Source: Oligoflexales bacterium
GTDB taxonomy: Bacteria > Bdellovibrionota_B > Oligoflexia > Oligoflexales > CAIYRB01
NCBI GenBank assembly: GCA_041736175.1
Contig: JBGSUI010000240.1
Span: 48,415 to 112,414, forward strand
DNA length: 64,000 nucleotides
Direction of reading: 5' to 3'
Part shown: piece by piece, positions 1 to 9,883 of the stretch
Layout: each line of letters starts with the position of its first letter
Numbering within the stretch: position 1 is the first letter of the stretch
Notes under the pieces: generated by a model
Databases searched by the model: none
What the model saw: only the letters and a program-made list of their open reading frames with translations
What the model was told of the DNA's origin: nothing
Program-made: the position numbers and the translations under genes

Positions 1-1
1 A

Positions 2-238
2 TTTGACTTTAGTCCCATCACCTAAGACGGCGACTGCAACTGCTCGGCAGAGATCCACATCGATTCCCGACCAAGAGTTTTTGCTATCCGGGGCCGAAAA
101 ACCCGCAAGGCCCTGGCTGACTCCGCAGTGGAGTACCCCCCGCTTTTTCACAACCTCGAGAGTGTTGGGAGCTGCTATTCCATGGGTAGCCAGAAATATC
201 AATGATATGACCAAAAAACAGAAAAAGGAGTGCGGCAT
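2..238 (-). CDS. aapJ: General L-amino acid ABC transporter substrate-binding protein (AapJ/BztA-like), 5' part, runs off the window
   Basis: Not in the ORF track. Manual translation gives MPHSFFCFLV...TLEVVKKRGVLHCGVSQGLAGFSAPDSKNSWSGIDVDLCRAVAVAVLGD, with an AGGAG RBS upstream. Confidence 0.85.
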   Translation of the reverse strand, partial: MPHSFFCFLVISLIFLATHGIAAPNTLEVVKKRGVLHCGVSQGLAGFSAPDSKNSWSGIDVDLCRAVAVAVLGDGTKVK

Positions 239-367
239 GGTTTCTCCTAGTAAACTTATGCAAGAGGGCCCCGAAAGTGCTGGAAGGTCTCGATTTCCAA
301 ACAAGACCCCATCTCTACCAAAGAGTTGTCCTGGATTCCAGCACTAATAGCACGATGGTATCCAAAC

Positions 368-1729
368 TTAAGGAACAACCTTGCAGCTCTGACCGTTCTC
401 CCAGCCCCAACCGTCTCCATCTACGTCGGAGGTTTGCGACCTGCAGGGGACCCAAGGAGTGGCACCAGACAAAATTTGGTTGATGTCCGTTTTGCGATTC
501 ATCACCACTCGCCTGAGGCTCTCATAAGACTTTTTCGGCTCACCCTCTTCATACCACCCCGGGACATGACTTGCAGGGTAGTAAGCCAAGCTATCGATGC
601 GGGCCAAGATACTTTTTTCATCCCAAACAATGGTTAAATAGTAGCTGATGGCATCTTTGAGGTATTGAAAGTATCGAGGGTTTTGCAAAATTTTTTGGGT
701 CAATCGATGGCTGCGAAAGAAAACTTGGTTGTATGGTACTCCACTGCCTTTTGGATCCACATAATCTGTCAAAACCTGGTCCATACCCCGTGGAAACATC
801 ATGGCCCGGCCGTTTCTGGGATAAAAATATATAAATGAATTGTTTCGACTCTGAGTAAAACCGTCCCAGTGAACCAAGATTATCTCCATGGCCCAAAAAC
901 GAATAAACTGCTCTATATCCAGGTGCTTTCCAATTTCTGTTAGGTCTGGGCTCTGGTCCCTGAGGACGGCCTGGATCAAGGCGTTCAAATCGGTGAGACT
1001 GTTATCTTCGGGGACCTTAAAACTATCGAGATTTCTTTTAAATCGACTGAGGGCCCATACATCCAGGTCTTCCCCAGCGACTTCATAGAGATTACCGATC
1101 GGGGACCCTAGGTTTCGTGTTAAAAACTCCCTGTCATATGGCTCCAGATTGACGTACAGGCCAATCTTTTTGTTGTTGGCCCACACTTCAATAAAATTGC
1201 AATACTGTTTAGGAAAGCCCGCTTTCCCTAAAATCTCGCTGACCAGGCATTGACGAATGAGCGAAGGGTCCTGAACCGAGTTTTTTAAAACCAGCTCTGT
1301 GGTTCCTGTCAGAGCTAACGCAGCCGTTTTAGCTGCCTGGTTGAATTTGGTGAGGTTTAATTTAAGATTCGGCTTGGTGTCTGAATAGGAGCCACAAAAC
1401 GAACTCTTTTTGATGGCGGCATTGGCAAAGGTAACACCATTGATTTTAACGGTAGGGGCGTTGAACGTGTCGAAATGATCACCCACATAATCGAAGTTAC
1501 ACCGACCACCTTTGGGCTGCTGGGTAGCCAGTTTGGCCCAGTCAGGGATCCAGATTTCTATCTTTTGAAGCTTGGAAACATCATAAAAAAAAGCCCGGGA
1601 CGAGTTCCCGGAGTCCACTGCAGCGAGTTCGTTTTCCGAACCAGGATTCGATCCAGGTCTGCAACCAAAGATTCCACTCAGTATCACAGACCCGAGGAGG
1701 ATCTTGAACCTTGAAATACGCATCATCAT
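368..1729 (-). CDS. CotH-family kinase lipoprotein with C-terminal CBM10-like module
   Basis: Lipobox IFGC; CotH motifs KPNLKLNL, GLYVNLE, HWDG...NN; C-terminal DVDGDGWGWENGQSC. Confidence 0.8.
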   Translation of the reverse strand: MMMRISRFKILLGSVILSGIFGCRPGSNPGSENELAAVDSGNSSRAFFYDVSKLQKIEIWIPDWAKLATQQPKGGRCNFDYVGDHFDTFNAPTVKINGVTFANAAIKKSSFCGSYSDTKPNLKLNLTKFNQAAKTAALALTGTTELVLKNSVQDPSLIRQCLVSEILGKAGFPKQYCNFIEVWANNKKIGLYVNLEPYDREFLTRNLGSPIGNLYEVAGEDLDVWALSRFKRNLDSFKVPEDNSLTDLNALIQAVLRDQSPDLTEIGKHLDIEQFIRFWAMEIILVHWDGFTQSRNNSFIYFYPRNGRAMMFPRGMDQVLTDYVDPKGSGVPYNQVFFRSHRLTQKILQNPRYFQYLKDAISYYLTIVWDEKSILARIDSLAYYPASHVPGWYEEGEPKKSYESLRRVVMNRKTDINQILSGATPWVPCRSQTSDVDGDGWGWENGQSCKVVP

Positions 1730-1852
1730 TTTGGCGCCCTTTATCAGCAGAAATTTAACAGTCTTTTACGAGACTACGGCTGGAAATAGCCAGAACCGAG
1801 CCCTCGGTAGGACCTAGCGCCTGCCTACCTAAAAATCAAGACCTATTATGGT

Positions 1853-2809
1853 TTAAAAGAGCTCCCAAATCTCCTGAAAGAGCTTGGGGTCTCTAATAAA
1901 TCCAAGATGGGGCTCAAAATCGGGACCAGTATAAGACTTCTGAATATTCTTAACCTGATCGATTGGACTCGAATGGAGCAGATTGTAGTTGGTTTGATAA
2001 TAATTCACCCACGGTTTTGCGGGCTTAATTTTGTCAAGGTTCGGCTGTGAAATATCTCGGGGTGCTCGCACACATCCAGGTTGGGGAATACCCGAAAACA
2101 GCACATCGATAAATCCTTGGGGCGTACACTCCACCTTGCTGATAGGATCAAGAGTCACCATGACATGAAGTTTAAATTGCGGATCGAGAAGAGGTGCTAA
2201 TTTCATCGCTGTCCAACCTCCATAGGAGTGGCCCACAAGGCCAATACGCACCGAATGATGGCCCTTAAGAGAAGTATTGATAAACTTTGCCATCTCCTCT
2301 ACCGATGGGGCCGCACCGTGTTTAGGTTGGTGGTCCCAGCTAAAATGAATCTTGTTTGGATCGGTTCCGTAGCAAGACAAAAAAAGCAGTTTGGTTTCTC
2401 CGGATTCAGGTTTGACATTGGCCTTTAAAAAGCCGCCGATCTCAGTCATCGCCTGGTCTAACGGTGTCTCAGGATCGTCGCAGCTAGTGTATCCACCGAG
2501 AACCAAAAGAGCCAAGACTTTTTCTGATTTTTCGAGAGAAGCAACGTCGTCATCTCCTTCGGATGAGCGCGACGAAGAACTTGAAGGAATCACAGGATTC
2601 TTTTCACTACCGCCACTGGAAGTCGGTGAGGTCGCAGAAACCGGATTTCCAGATGGGTCCAGGGAGGCTTGGTCGTTACCGGCACTCTGCCCCCTAAGGT
2701 CCACGGGGTCGTCTTTTCCACAGGAAGATAAAATCCCTGCTAACGCTAATAAAACTAAAACTTCGGTTAGGTTTCGCAAACGGGGTTTAGGGACCACAAC
2801 CATAGGCAC
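1853..2809 (-). CDS. Alpha/beta-hydrolase lipoprotein
   Basis: Lipobox LSSC; nucleophile elbow GHSYGG; TLDP; C-terminal His. Confidence 0.75.
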   Translation of the reverse strand: MPMVVVPKPRLRNLTEVLVLLALAGILSSCGKDDPVDLRGQSAGNDQASLDPSGNPVSATSPTSSGGSEKNPVIPSSSSSRSSEGDDDVASLEKSEKVLALLVLGGYTSCDDPETPLDQAMTEIGGFLKANVKPESGETKLLFLSCYGTDPNKIHFSWDHQPKHGAAPSVEEMAKFINTSLKGHHSVRIGLVGHSYGGWTAMKLAPLLDPQFKLHVMVTLDPISKVECTPQGFIDVLFSGIPQPGCVRAPRDISQPNLDKIKPAKPWVNYYQTNYNLLHSSPIDQVKNIQKSYTGPDFEPHLGFIRDPKLFQEIWELF

Positions 2810-2852
2810 TCCTGAGATACAGTTCTAATCCTCATTAATAAGGCTCGTGAAC

Positions 2853-2880
2853 TGTTCGGCTTATTTTGGTTAAGACTTTA
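2853..2880 (-). promoter_or_regulatory. FliA/sigma28-like promoter
   Basis: TAAAG-N15-GCCGAACA upstream of the hydrolase gene. Confidence 0.45.
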
Positions 2881-2912
2881 ATTTAATTATTTTTTAGAAT
2901 ATTTACAATGAC

Positions 2913-4700
2913 TTATTTGTTTACATTAAAACGATCCCGGTTCCCAAGAACAGCAAGCTGCTGGCACTGAGACTTTAAGACTAATGCAATATATTCATCG
3001 ATAGACCAAAGATGGGCGACCGGGTTTGCGACAAAGTAAAGGGCAGTCGCTAAAACCGTAATATCTCTAAACTTATTACCATTTATCTCATGACGCGCAT
3101 CCCCCAAGATCGGGTGCTCAAGGTGTAGGTCTTGTTCAAGATCCACCAGTGTGCTGTGGATCGAAACAAAATTTAACAGAATTTTGCTGTAGGAATTGGT
3201 GACCAGATGTCCGGAGGGTTCCGACCGAAATTCGATTTTTGGTTTATAGAACTTTGCTTCTAGAGCCTGCCACACGGCAATCACCTGCTGGGTGAGATTA
3301 GCACCCCCACGGGAGCTTTGGTCCTCAGACAAACCAAAATCACTTGAGAGAGTCTTCGCAAAAAGTTGGGTGAGACTCTCCTGGTGCTTTGGTTGGGTAC
3401 ATAGATGACGCAAAGGCTTAGTGGCTTGACCAAAATAAAAGGGAACATCCTGCATCAGAAGATCGATTTTTGTCGGAAAAAACTTGTAGGGACTGGAGCT
3501 CGGCATCTTTTCGAGCAGATCAGGATGATCTGCCAAAAATTTAAACTCGACCACATCAGCAAGCATTTCGGCAAAGATGGGTGTTAGGGCAACTGGCAGG
3601 CGGGCCGATAGAAAGCTGTGGATCCAAGACTCGACCCTTGGGGTGTTTAAGGAAGCTTCGTTTTCTTTGACCACGATGGCTTGGTTTAATAAATCGGGAG
3701 TCAGCTCTATCGCTTGGCTAAGGGGCGCCGAAAAACCCGCCATCATCTGGTAGTGCCTATCAAAAGGGACAAGACTTGCTTGCCAGCCATGCCCCCAAAG
3801 ATCGTGGACGATATACTTATCAACCTCCTGGAGAGGCAGAATAGAAACCATCCGACTTAGCAGAGATTTGACAGTGGCACGGTCCATTTTGCATTTTTGC
3901 ATCAAAGATTGGATCACGACAGGATCCATCTTTTCAAAATCAAAGGAGCCAAAGGCCGGAAATCTAGCAAATTGATCTTGTTTAAATCTGCGGATCTCTT
4001 TTAGAAAAGTTGAGATTTGATCCCTGGCCTCAGAGGTTCGCTGGCTATGCCATGGAGTAAGCAGCTCGCCGTCGGCAAACGGTATACAAAAGCTCCAAAG
4101 GGTACCGCTGGTGATCAGCTCAACCTCTCCGGCACAGAGCGGCACTGCGGGGTAAAAGGCCTGAAAGGCTTTGAGAACCTGCTCTTTTTGTGCGGCTCCT
4201 GAATGGTTTCTGATCTTAAAGTCATCAAGGAGAGACTCGATCACCAAACTCTTTTGTGCCGCAAGGACTAGACAGTCTTGGAGTCGACCCTCGATGCGAA
4301 CAATCGCTTCTGAACTGAGTTGAAAAGACGTGGCAAACTGTTTCCAATCAATCTTTGGCAACAAATCGGCATCGCTTGCGTGATGGCTCAAAGTTTCCGA
4401 GCCAGCAGTGTCCAATAGACCACGGGGCCCTAAGACCACCCGTGAGAGGAGTGTGGACTGGGCTACAGCCTCCACAAAGATTTCGTTGAGGTGGGGACGC
4501 TGGTCTTGAAACTGGTGATGGCGGTCTGCCTCCAGGAGAGTCCGTGCAGCCTTGAGGAGCTCTAGATGATTTGGAAAGAGGTCTTCCGGCTTCTCAAGCC
4601 TGTCTTCGAGATGTTTCAGGACAACCAAGAGCGGCTGCCAGAGATTTGGTAAAGACAAATTATTTATAGAGTTAGCGTCTAGGTGGATAAGCTCCCCCAT
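2913..4700 (-). CDS. Hypothetical protein (595 aa), possible metal-binding HDxxGH motif
   Basis: Long ORF with AGGGAG RBS; motifs YIVHDLWGHGWQ and AEMLAD. Confidence 0.65.
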   Translation of the reverse strand: MGELIHLDANSINNLSLPNLWQPLLVVLKHLEDRLEKPEDLFPNHLELLKAARTLLEADRHHQFQDQRPHLNEIFVEAVAQSTLLSRVVLGPRGLLDTAGSETLSHHASDADLLPKIDWKQFATSFQLSSEAIVRIEGRLQDCLVLAAQKSLVIESLLDDFKIRNHSGAAQKEQVLKAFQAFYPAVPLCAGEVELITSGTLWSFCIPFADGELLTPWHSQRTSEARDQISTFLKEIRRFKQDQFARFPAFGSFDFEKMDPVVIQSLMQKCKMDRATVKSLLSRMVSILPLQEVDKYIVHDLWGHGWQASLVPFDRHYQMMAGFSAPLSQAIELTPDLLNQAIVVKENEASLNTPRVESWIHSFLSARLPVALTPIFAEMLADVVEFKFLADHPDLLEKMPSSSPYKFFPTKIDLLMQDVPFYFGQATKPLRHLCTQPKHQESLTQLFAKTLSSDFGLSEDQSSRGGANLTQQVIAVWQALEAKFYKPKIEFRSEPSGHLVTNSYSKILLNFVSIHSTLVDLEQDLHLEHPILGDARHEINGNKFRDITVLATALYFVANPVAHLWSIDEYIALVLKSQCQQLAVLGNRDRFNVNK

Positions 4701-4722
4701 TTAGTTCTCCCTTTTTTGGAAT

Positions 4723-4750
4723 TCTTCGGTTATCATTTTGGAGTACTTAG
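4723..4750 (-). promoter_or_regulatory. FliA/sigma28-like promoter
   Basis: CTAAG-N15-ACCGAAGA just upstream of the 595-aa gene. Confidence 0.4.
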
Positions 4751-4859
4751 ACTCAAAGAGTAGGGACCTAACGGAGAGAATCTCTTAATAGGGTAACATA
4801 GGGCTTTTTAGGCAGATAGGGGCTCTAGGGTTTGTGATTGCCATGAGAAAGGTAAATGA

Positions 4860-6578
4860 ATGCGACAATTCACAGAGACTTATTGGTGTAAAAAGATATT
4901 ATTTGGCCTGTTTGTGATTTTTTCCCAAAAAGCTCTTGGTGTCAATTTTATTGACGCCGCGCCTCTGGGCGCATTGATCAAAGAGCCTGTCGCCTCTTGC
5001 AAGGGCGAAAAGACCATCCAGGTCCCAGTGATTACTTGGGGTGGGGACATGATGACTATCTTTGCCAATGGTGGCAAGACAACCCAGCCCGCCAGCCTGT
5101 TTGGGAAATCTGGTCTCAGCCTCCAATTGGTTAGGGAGGATATTTTTACCAACCAAATCAAATCCTATCTTGCCTGTAAAACACCGTTTTTAAGGGGCAC
5201 ATTAGGAATGATCAATCTGGCCGCACCCCTCACGGATGTCGACCCTAAATCGAAAATGATTGTGATCCACCAGCTAACCTGGTCGGCTGGCGGCGATGCC
5301 TTGGTGGTTAAAAGTGGGATCTCCAAACCAGCAGACCTGAAGGGTAAAACCATTGCTCTCCAGGCTTACGGTCCCCATCTGGATTATTTAGGAAAGATCC
5401 TCGATGATGCAGGCCTAACCATTAAAGACGTCCAGTTGAAATGGGTCAAAGATCTGACAGGAACTGCCCAATCTCCGGCGGCAGCCCTTCGAACTCAGGG
5501 GATCGATGCTGCTGTCGTGATCATTCCCGATGCCTTAGCATTGACATCAAATGGATCCGTTGGGACAGGAGCCGAAGATTCTGTCAAGGGTGCCTCGATC
5601 CTCTTATCGACTAAATCGGCAAGTAAGATCATTGCAGATGTCTATGCGGTGCGATCGGATTTTTATGAACAAAATAAAGAGCTGGTCCAAAAATTTGTAA
5701 CGACTCTTATCCAGGCCCAAGGCGATCTCGCCCAGCTCTGGAAACAAAAAGAAAGTGCACCCTATAAGGACTTTCTAACCCTGTCGGCACAAATTCTGCT
5801 CGACAGCCCCCAAGCCACCAAGGACGTGGAAGGGATGTACGCCGATGCTGAGATGCTAGGAGCTGCAGATAATGAGCGCTTTTTCAATGATGGAAAATAC
5901 CCGCGAAATTTTGCGGCTTTAAACTCAGAAATAGCCCCTATTCTAACAGCTCTCAAGCTTATTGATAAAGCGACTCCCTTAAAGGCAGCCCAATGGGACT
6001 ATAAAACACTGGGTCTCCTAGGTGCTGGCGACCGCTTACCCAAGCAAAGATTCGATACCGACCAAGTGGCCAAGGCCGTCATGCGCAAAGACCAGCAAGG
6101 AACCCTCAATGATTCCTCCTTGTTTTCCTTCGAGGTGGTTTTTAAGCCCAATCAAAACTCTTTTAGCGCTGACGACTATGAAAAAGAGTTTAAAAAGGTG
6201 GTCAGTTTAGCCTCAACCTATGGGGGAGCAGTGATCACGGTCGAAGGCCACTCAGATCCCATGGCTTATCTCAAGCAGCAAAAACAAGGGACGACAGATG
6301 TGGTCCTCAACCGACTCAAACAGTCCGCAAAGAATCTCAGTCTTACCCGTGCCCAGGTGGTGCGTGATGCCCTTATTAAGTATGCAGAAGCCCAGTCCAT
6401 CAGTCTCGATCCTAGCCAATTTGCACTGGTAGGCCATGGGATTGCAAAACCAAAGACGGGAGTCTGTGGTACTGATCCTTGCCAGCCAAAATCTGAGAAA
6501 GAATGGTTAAGTAATATGCGAGTCGAATTTCGAATCGTCCAAATGGAAGCAGAAGAATCTGTCTTTAAGCCTCTTTAG
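4860..6578 (+). CDS. NMT1/SsuA-type ABC substrate-binding protein fused to a C-terminal OmpA-like domain
   Basis: Signal peptide; WSAGGDALVV...DLKGKTIA; C-terminal VEGHSD...NLSLTRAQVV...NMRVEF. Confidence 0.85.
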   Translation: MRQFTETYWCKKILFGLFVIFSQKALGVNFIDAAPLGALIKEPVASCKGEKTIQVPVITWGGDMMTIFANGGKTTQPASLFGKSGLSLQLVREDIFTNQIKSYLACKTPFLRGTLGMINLAAPLTDVDPKSKMIVIHQLTWSAGGDALVVKSGISKPADLKGKTIALQAYGPHLDYLGKILDDAGLTIKDVQLKWVKDLTGTAQSPAAALRTQGIDAAVVIIPDALALTSNGSVGTGAEDSVKGASILLSTKSASKIIADVYAVRSDFYEQNKELVQKFVTTLIQAQGDLAQLWKQKESAPYKDFLTLSAQILLDSPQATKDVEGMYADAEMLGAADNERFFNDGKYPRNFAALNSEIAPILTALKLIDKATPLKAAQWDYKTLGLLGAGDRLPKQRFDTDQVAKAVMRKDQQGTLNDSSLFSFEVVFKPNQNSFSADDYEKEFKKVVSLASTYGGAVITVEGHSDPMAYLKQQKQGTTDVVLNRLKQSAKNLSLTRAQVVRDALIKYAEAQSISLDPSQFALVGHGIAKPKTGVCGTDPCQPKSEKEWLSNMRVEFRIVQMEAEESVFKPL

Positions 6579-6586
6579 GGAGTCCT

Positions 6587-7387
6587 ATGAATAAAAGAGC
6601 CAAAGGAAAAAATAAGTCTTCAGGTACTGTTATTGGGTTTGTTGTCATCGCTTTGGTTGGCTATGGCGTCTACCTTATGTTTAAGCCTGGCGATCAAGTG
6701 GATGGAGCACCCCCCTCAGCCACACCAGTCAAAAGGCCCTGGCCAAGGGTCGTAGACGCTGGAAATCCAGAGGAGAGCAAATCCACAGGAGCATCTCTCG
6801 CCCTGGCTGCTAAAAATTACTACGTGGTCTTTGATGCCTCGGGGAGCATGGGTGTCTCGGGTTGTTCGGGAAGTAGCGACAAAATGCATGTGGCCAAGGA
6901 GTCTCTCGTTAAGTTTGCATCCTCTGTACCTGAAAACGCCCATCTTGGCTTGACAGTCTTTGACGGCCAAGGAGTCAGAGAAGTGGTTCCCCTTGGAATT
7001 CAGAATCGAAAAGAGTTTACCTCAGCGGTGACCGGGTTGACCCCAGGGGGATCGACCCCCCTAAAAAGCGCTATGACCCTTGGTGCAGAAAAACTCGAAG
7101 ACCAAGCTCGCAAACAATTGGCTTATGGCGAGTATAATCTCGTCGTGGTGACCGATGGCGAAGCTGACAAAGGCGAAGATCCAAGACCGGTGGTGGATGA
7201 CCTCCTTTTAAACTCTCCCGTCATCATCCATACGGTGGGATTTTGTATCGGTTCAGACCATTCCCTTAACCAACCTTCCAAGGTTCTCTATAAAGCTGCC
7301 AATGAACCGGGGGAGCTGACTAAGGGCCTTGAGGATGTTCTAGCGGAGTCGGAATCCTTTGATGTGTCGACCTTTACCAGTCCTTAG
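6587..7387 (+). CDS. Membrane-anchored vWA domain protein
   Basis: N-terminal TM segment; MIDAS DASGSM, GSTP, VVTDG. Confidence 0.9.
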   Translation: MNKRAKGKNKSSGTVIGFVVIALVGYGVYLMFKPGDQVDGAPPSATPVKRPWPRVVDAGNPEESKSTGASLALAAKNYYVVFDASGSMGVSGCSGSSDKMHVAKESLVKFASSVPENAHLGLTVFDGQGVREVVPLGIQNRKEFTSAVTGLTPGGSTPLKSAMTLGAEKLEDQARKQLAYGEYNLVVVTDGEADKGEDPRPVVDDLLLNSPVIIHTVGFCIGSDHSLNQPSKVLYKAANEPGELTKGLEDVLAESESFDVSTFTSP

Positions 7388-7398
7388 TGGGATTTTTT

Positions 7399-8991
7399 AT
7401 GAATAGTCCAACCACTGGAAATGCAAAAATCATCGGTGTGATCGTGATGCTTATCGTCGGAGCGGCAGCCATGATCGCTTACCGTTTGGTCGCGCCCCAG
7501 ATCAAAGATCAGCAGCAGGCAGACTCCTCTGATGCTGCGGGGACCAAAGGCACCATTAAAGTCGGCATAGACAGCTGGGTGGGCTATATTCCCCTCTGTA
7601 GTAAGATCATGCGCCAAGAGATGCGTGCAAAGGGGTATCTCTGGGTTTGTGAAGACGACCAAGGCAACTACAAAGACAGGTTTAGCAATCTTTCCAAGGG
7701 CCAGATCCAACTAGCCGTCAGCACCATCGATGCCCTGCTGGTCAACGGCGCGGCCTATGACGACCCTGGTGTCATCATCGCTGTCCTCGACGAATCAAAA
7801 GGAGGTGACGCTTTAGTGGCCGATAAAGCGAAGTACAAAAATCTAGATCAGGTTAAAAAATCCACAGAAAAGCTCAGGATCGCCTTTACTCCGGCATCGC
7901 CCAGCGAGTATTTTCTGACTGCAGTGGGAGTTCACTTTGATATCCCCAAGTTTCTCAAGCAAGGTGAATCCAAACGGATCGAAGTCGAAGGTGCTGAGCA
8001 GGCCTTTAAAAAGCTGAAAAACAAAGATGCGGATATCGCGGTCCTTTGGGAGCCTTTTGTTTCGATGGCTATGGCATCGGGCGATCATGCGGTGCTGCTA
8101 TCGACCCGAGACTCCGCACAGGTTATCGTTGACGTGCTCCTTGCCCAGAGGACTTTCGCCCAGCAAAATCCCAGCTTAATACAGGACATTCTTTCGGCCT
8201 ACTTTCATACATTAAAACAGTTTCGAAATGACTCCCAATCCCTCCACCAGGAAGTCGCTGCCCAATCGAAACTCCAAGCCGATATGGTAGGACCTGTCCT
8301 CAAAGGTGTAAACTGGTTTACATTGATGCAAAATGCCCGTGATTGGTTTGGCCTGATCGCCCAGCCTAACGGCAAAAAGACCGAAGGACTCGCGGACGCC
8401 ATAGAATCCACGGCAAAAATCCTCCTGGAAAGCCGATTTCTCCCTAAGAATCCTATCCCTGGCGGTGATCCCTTCCGGCTGCAAAACAAGTCCTATCTAG
8501 AGGCACTCTACCAGTCTGGAGTGGGCGTAACCCTGACTAGCCTTGGAGATGAGCAAAGTGGTCTTACCAATTCCTTAACACGCCCCTTTACGGATCTTGA
8601 CGCTCAGGGCTGGAGCCAACTCATCGAGGTTGGGTCCCTTAAGGTACGGCCCATTGCTTTTCAAAGTGGGACCGGAGAACTCGGCGACGAAAGCCGTGCC
8701 GAGCTTGATGCTGCAGCCCAGCATCTAGCCCATTACCCCAATTTTCGGATTTTGGTCAAAGGTCACACAGGTGTGTCTGGAGAACCCGAAGCAAATCGAC
8801 AGCTCTCGGAGGCAAGAGCCCAATCGGTAGTTGATTATTTGGTCACACAGCACCAGATCAGCCGTTCTCGCCTTAGACCCGTAGGTCTTGGTGGCACAAA
8901 TCCCCTTCCCCGCCAGCTCGACGAGTCTGATCGGGCTTTTAACTATCGACTACCACGGGTGGAAATCTCCTTGGTTTCTGAGATGTATTGA
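7399..8991 (+). CDS. NMT1-type substrate-binding protein fused to an OmpA domain (second such fusion)
   Basis: N-terminal TM; DSWVGY, ESKGGDALV, LWEP; OmpA motifs KGHTG...NRQLSEARAQSV. Alternative GTG start at 7387. Confidence 0.85.
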   Translation: MNSPTTGNAKIIGVIVMLIVGAAAMIAYRLVAPQIKDQQQADSSDAAGTKGTIKVGIDSWVGYIPLCSKIMRQEMRAKGYLWVCEDDQGNYKDRFSNLSKGQIQLAVSTIDALLVNGAAYDDPGVIIAVLDESKGGDALVADKAKYKNLDQVKKSTEKLRIAFTPASPSEYFLTAVGVHFDIPKFLKQGESKRIEVEGAEQAFKKLKNKDADIAVLWEPFVSMAMASGDHAVLLSTRDSAQVIVDVLLAQRTFAQQNPSLIQDILSAYFHTLKQFRNDSQSLHQEVAAQSKLQADMVGPVLKGVNWFTLMQNARDWFGLIAQPNGKKTEGLADAIESTAKILLESRFLPKNPIPGGDPFRLQNKSYLEALYQSGVGVTLTSLGDEQSGLTNSLTRPFTDLDAQGWSQLIEVGSLKVRPIAFQSGTGELGDESRAELDAAAQHLAHYPNFRILVKGHTGVSGEPEANRQLSEARAQSVVDYLVTQHQISRSRLRPVGLGGTNPLPRQLDESDRAFNYRLPRVEISLVSEMY

Positions 8992-9007
8992 GAGGAATCG
9001 TTGGCCT

Positions 9008-9850
9008 ATGACTCAGCAGCTTCCGGATTTTTCAGCCCAAGCCACAAAAAAGGCTCTTATAAAAGAGACTATCCAACATCCTTTGACCCTATACAGTGGC
9101 GGTATTTGCGTCCTTAGCTTTTTGTCCATTGGCCTTTTTGGACTAAACTGGCTCAATGGTACAGTGGGCTTCGTTTCCTTGGCTTTAAGTGGTGGATCTT
9201 GGACTTATAATTACTTTGCAAGATATGATGTCTACACCAGGCGCCATTTAGAATCCCTACGACTTATGATGGAGGCTCAAAAAAAAGCTTTAACTGATAA
9301 ACTATCCAAGTCCCTTAAAGAGATTGCCTCTACCCCCGGCACGGAGGAGCTTGTCCAACAAGCAAAAGCTCAATTTCCCATGCTCAATAGCAAATTTGAG
9401 GGGTTTAGGTCTCTGTTGGCAGATAAATTTGCGCCCACCGAAATCACCTATGGGCGCTACCTAGGAAGCGGCGAACAACTCTATCTATCGGTTTTAGACC
9501 AGCTCAATCATGTGGTCACTCTGTTTAAAAGCATCGACTCTTCCGACATGGCCTATGCCAAAAAGCGGATGGATAGCCTTAAAAAAAACGCTGCAAACTT
9601 GTCCCCTGACGACCGAGACGAATTGGTAGCACTCGAAAAAAGGGTCTCCATTGTCGATCAATGTCTCAAGGACATCGACGTTATCCTCAGCCGCAACGAG
9701 GAAGCCTTGACCGCACTCGAACTAGCAAAGGCATCCATAGCCTCCATTCAAACATCGAGGGGGCAAACCTCAGCACAGCTCCCAGACACCATCAAAGACT
9801 TAGAAGATTTGGCCCAAAGGGCAAAACATTATGCCATCAATAACCAATAA
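9008..9850 (+). CDS. Two-TM coiled-coil protein, probable XpaC-like partner of TelA
   Basis: Two N-terminal TM helices then a long helical region; directly upstream of TelA; RBS supports ATG at 9008. Confidence 0.6.
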   Translation: MTQQLPDFSAQATKKALIKETIQHPLTLYSGGICVLSFLSIGLFGLNWLNGTVGFVSLALSGGSWTYNYFARYDVYTRRHLESLRLMMEAQKKALTDKLSKSLKEIASTPGTEELVQQAKAQFPMLNSKFEGFRSLLADKFAPTEITYGRYLGSGEQLYLSVLDQLNHVVTLFKSIDSSDMAYAKKRMDSLKKNAANLSPDDRDELVALEKRVSIVDQCLKDIDVILSRNEEALTALELAKASIASIQTSRGQTSAQLPDTIKDLEDLAQRAKHYAINNQ

Positions 9851-9883
9851 ATCGTTTTTTTCAATTTTTAAAGGAGTTCAAAC

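Noticed and set aside
3..347. 114-aa plus-strand ORF from the track
   Set aside because: It is antisense to the clearly recognisable aapJ-like gene.
4801..4860. Guanidine-I (ykkC) riboswitch upstream of the urea/guanidine-type ABC operon
   Set aside because: Only CTAGGGTT resembles the motif; the following CCG and the 3' conserved AAAAGCCCGGGAG element are missing.
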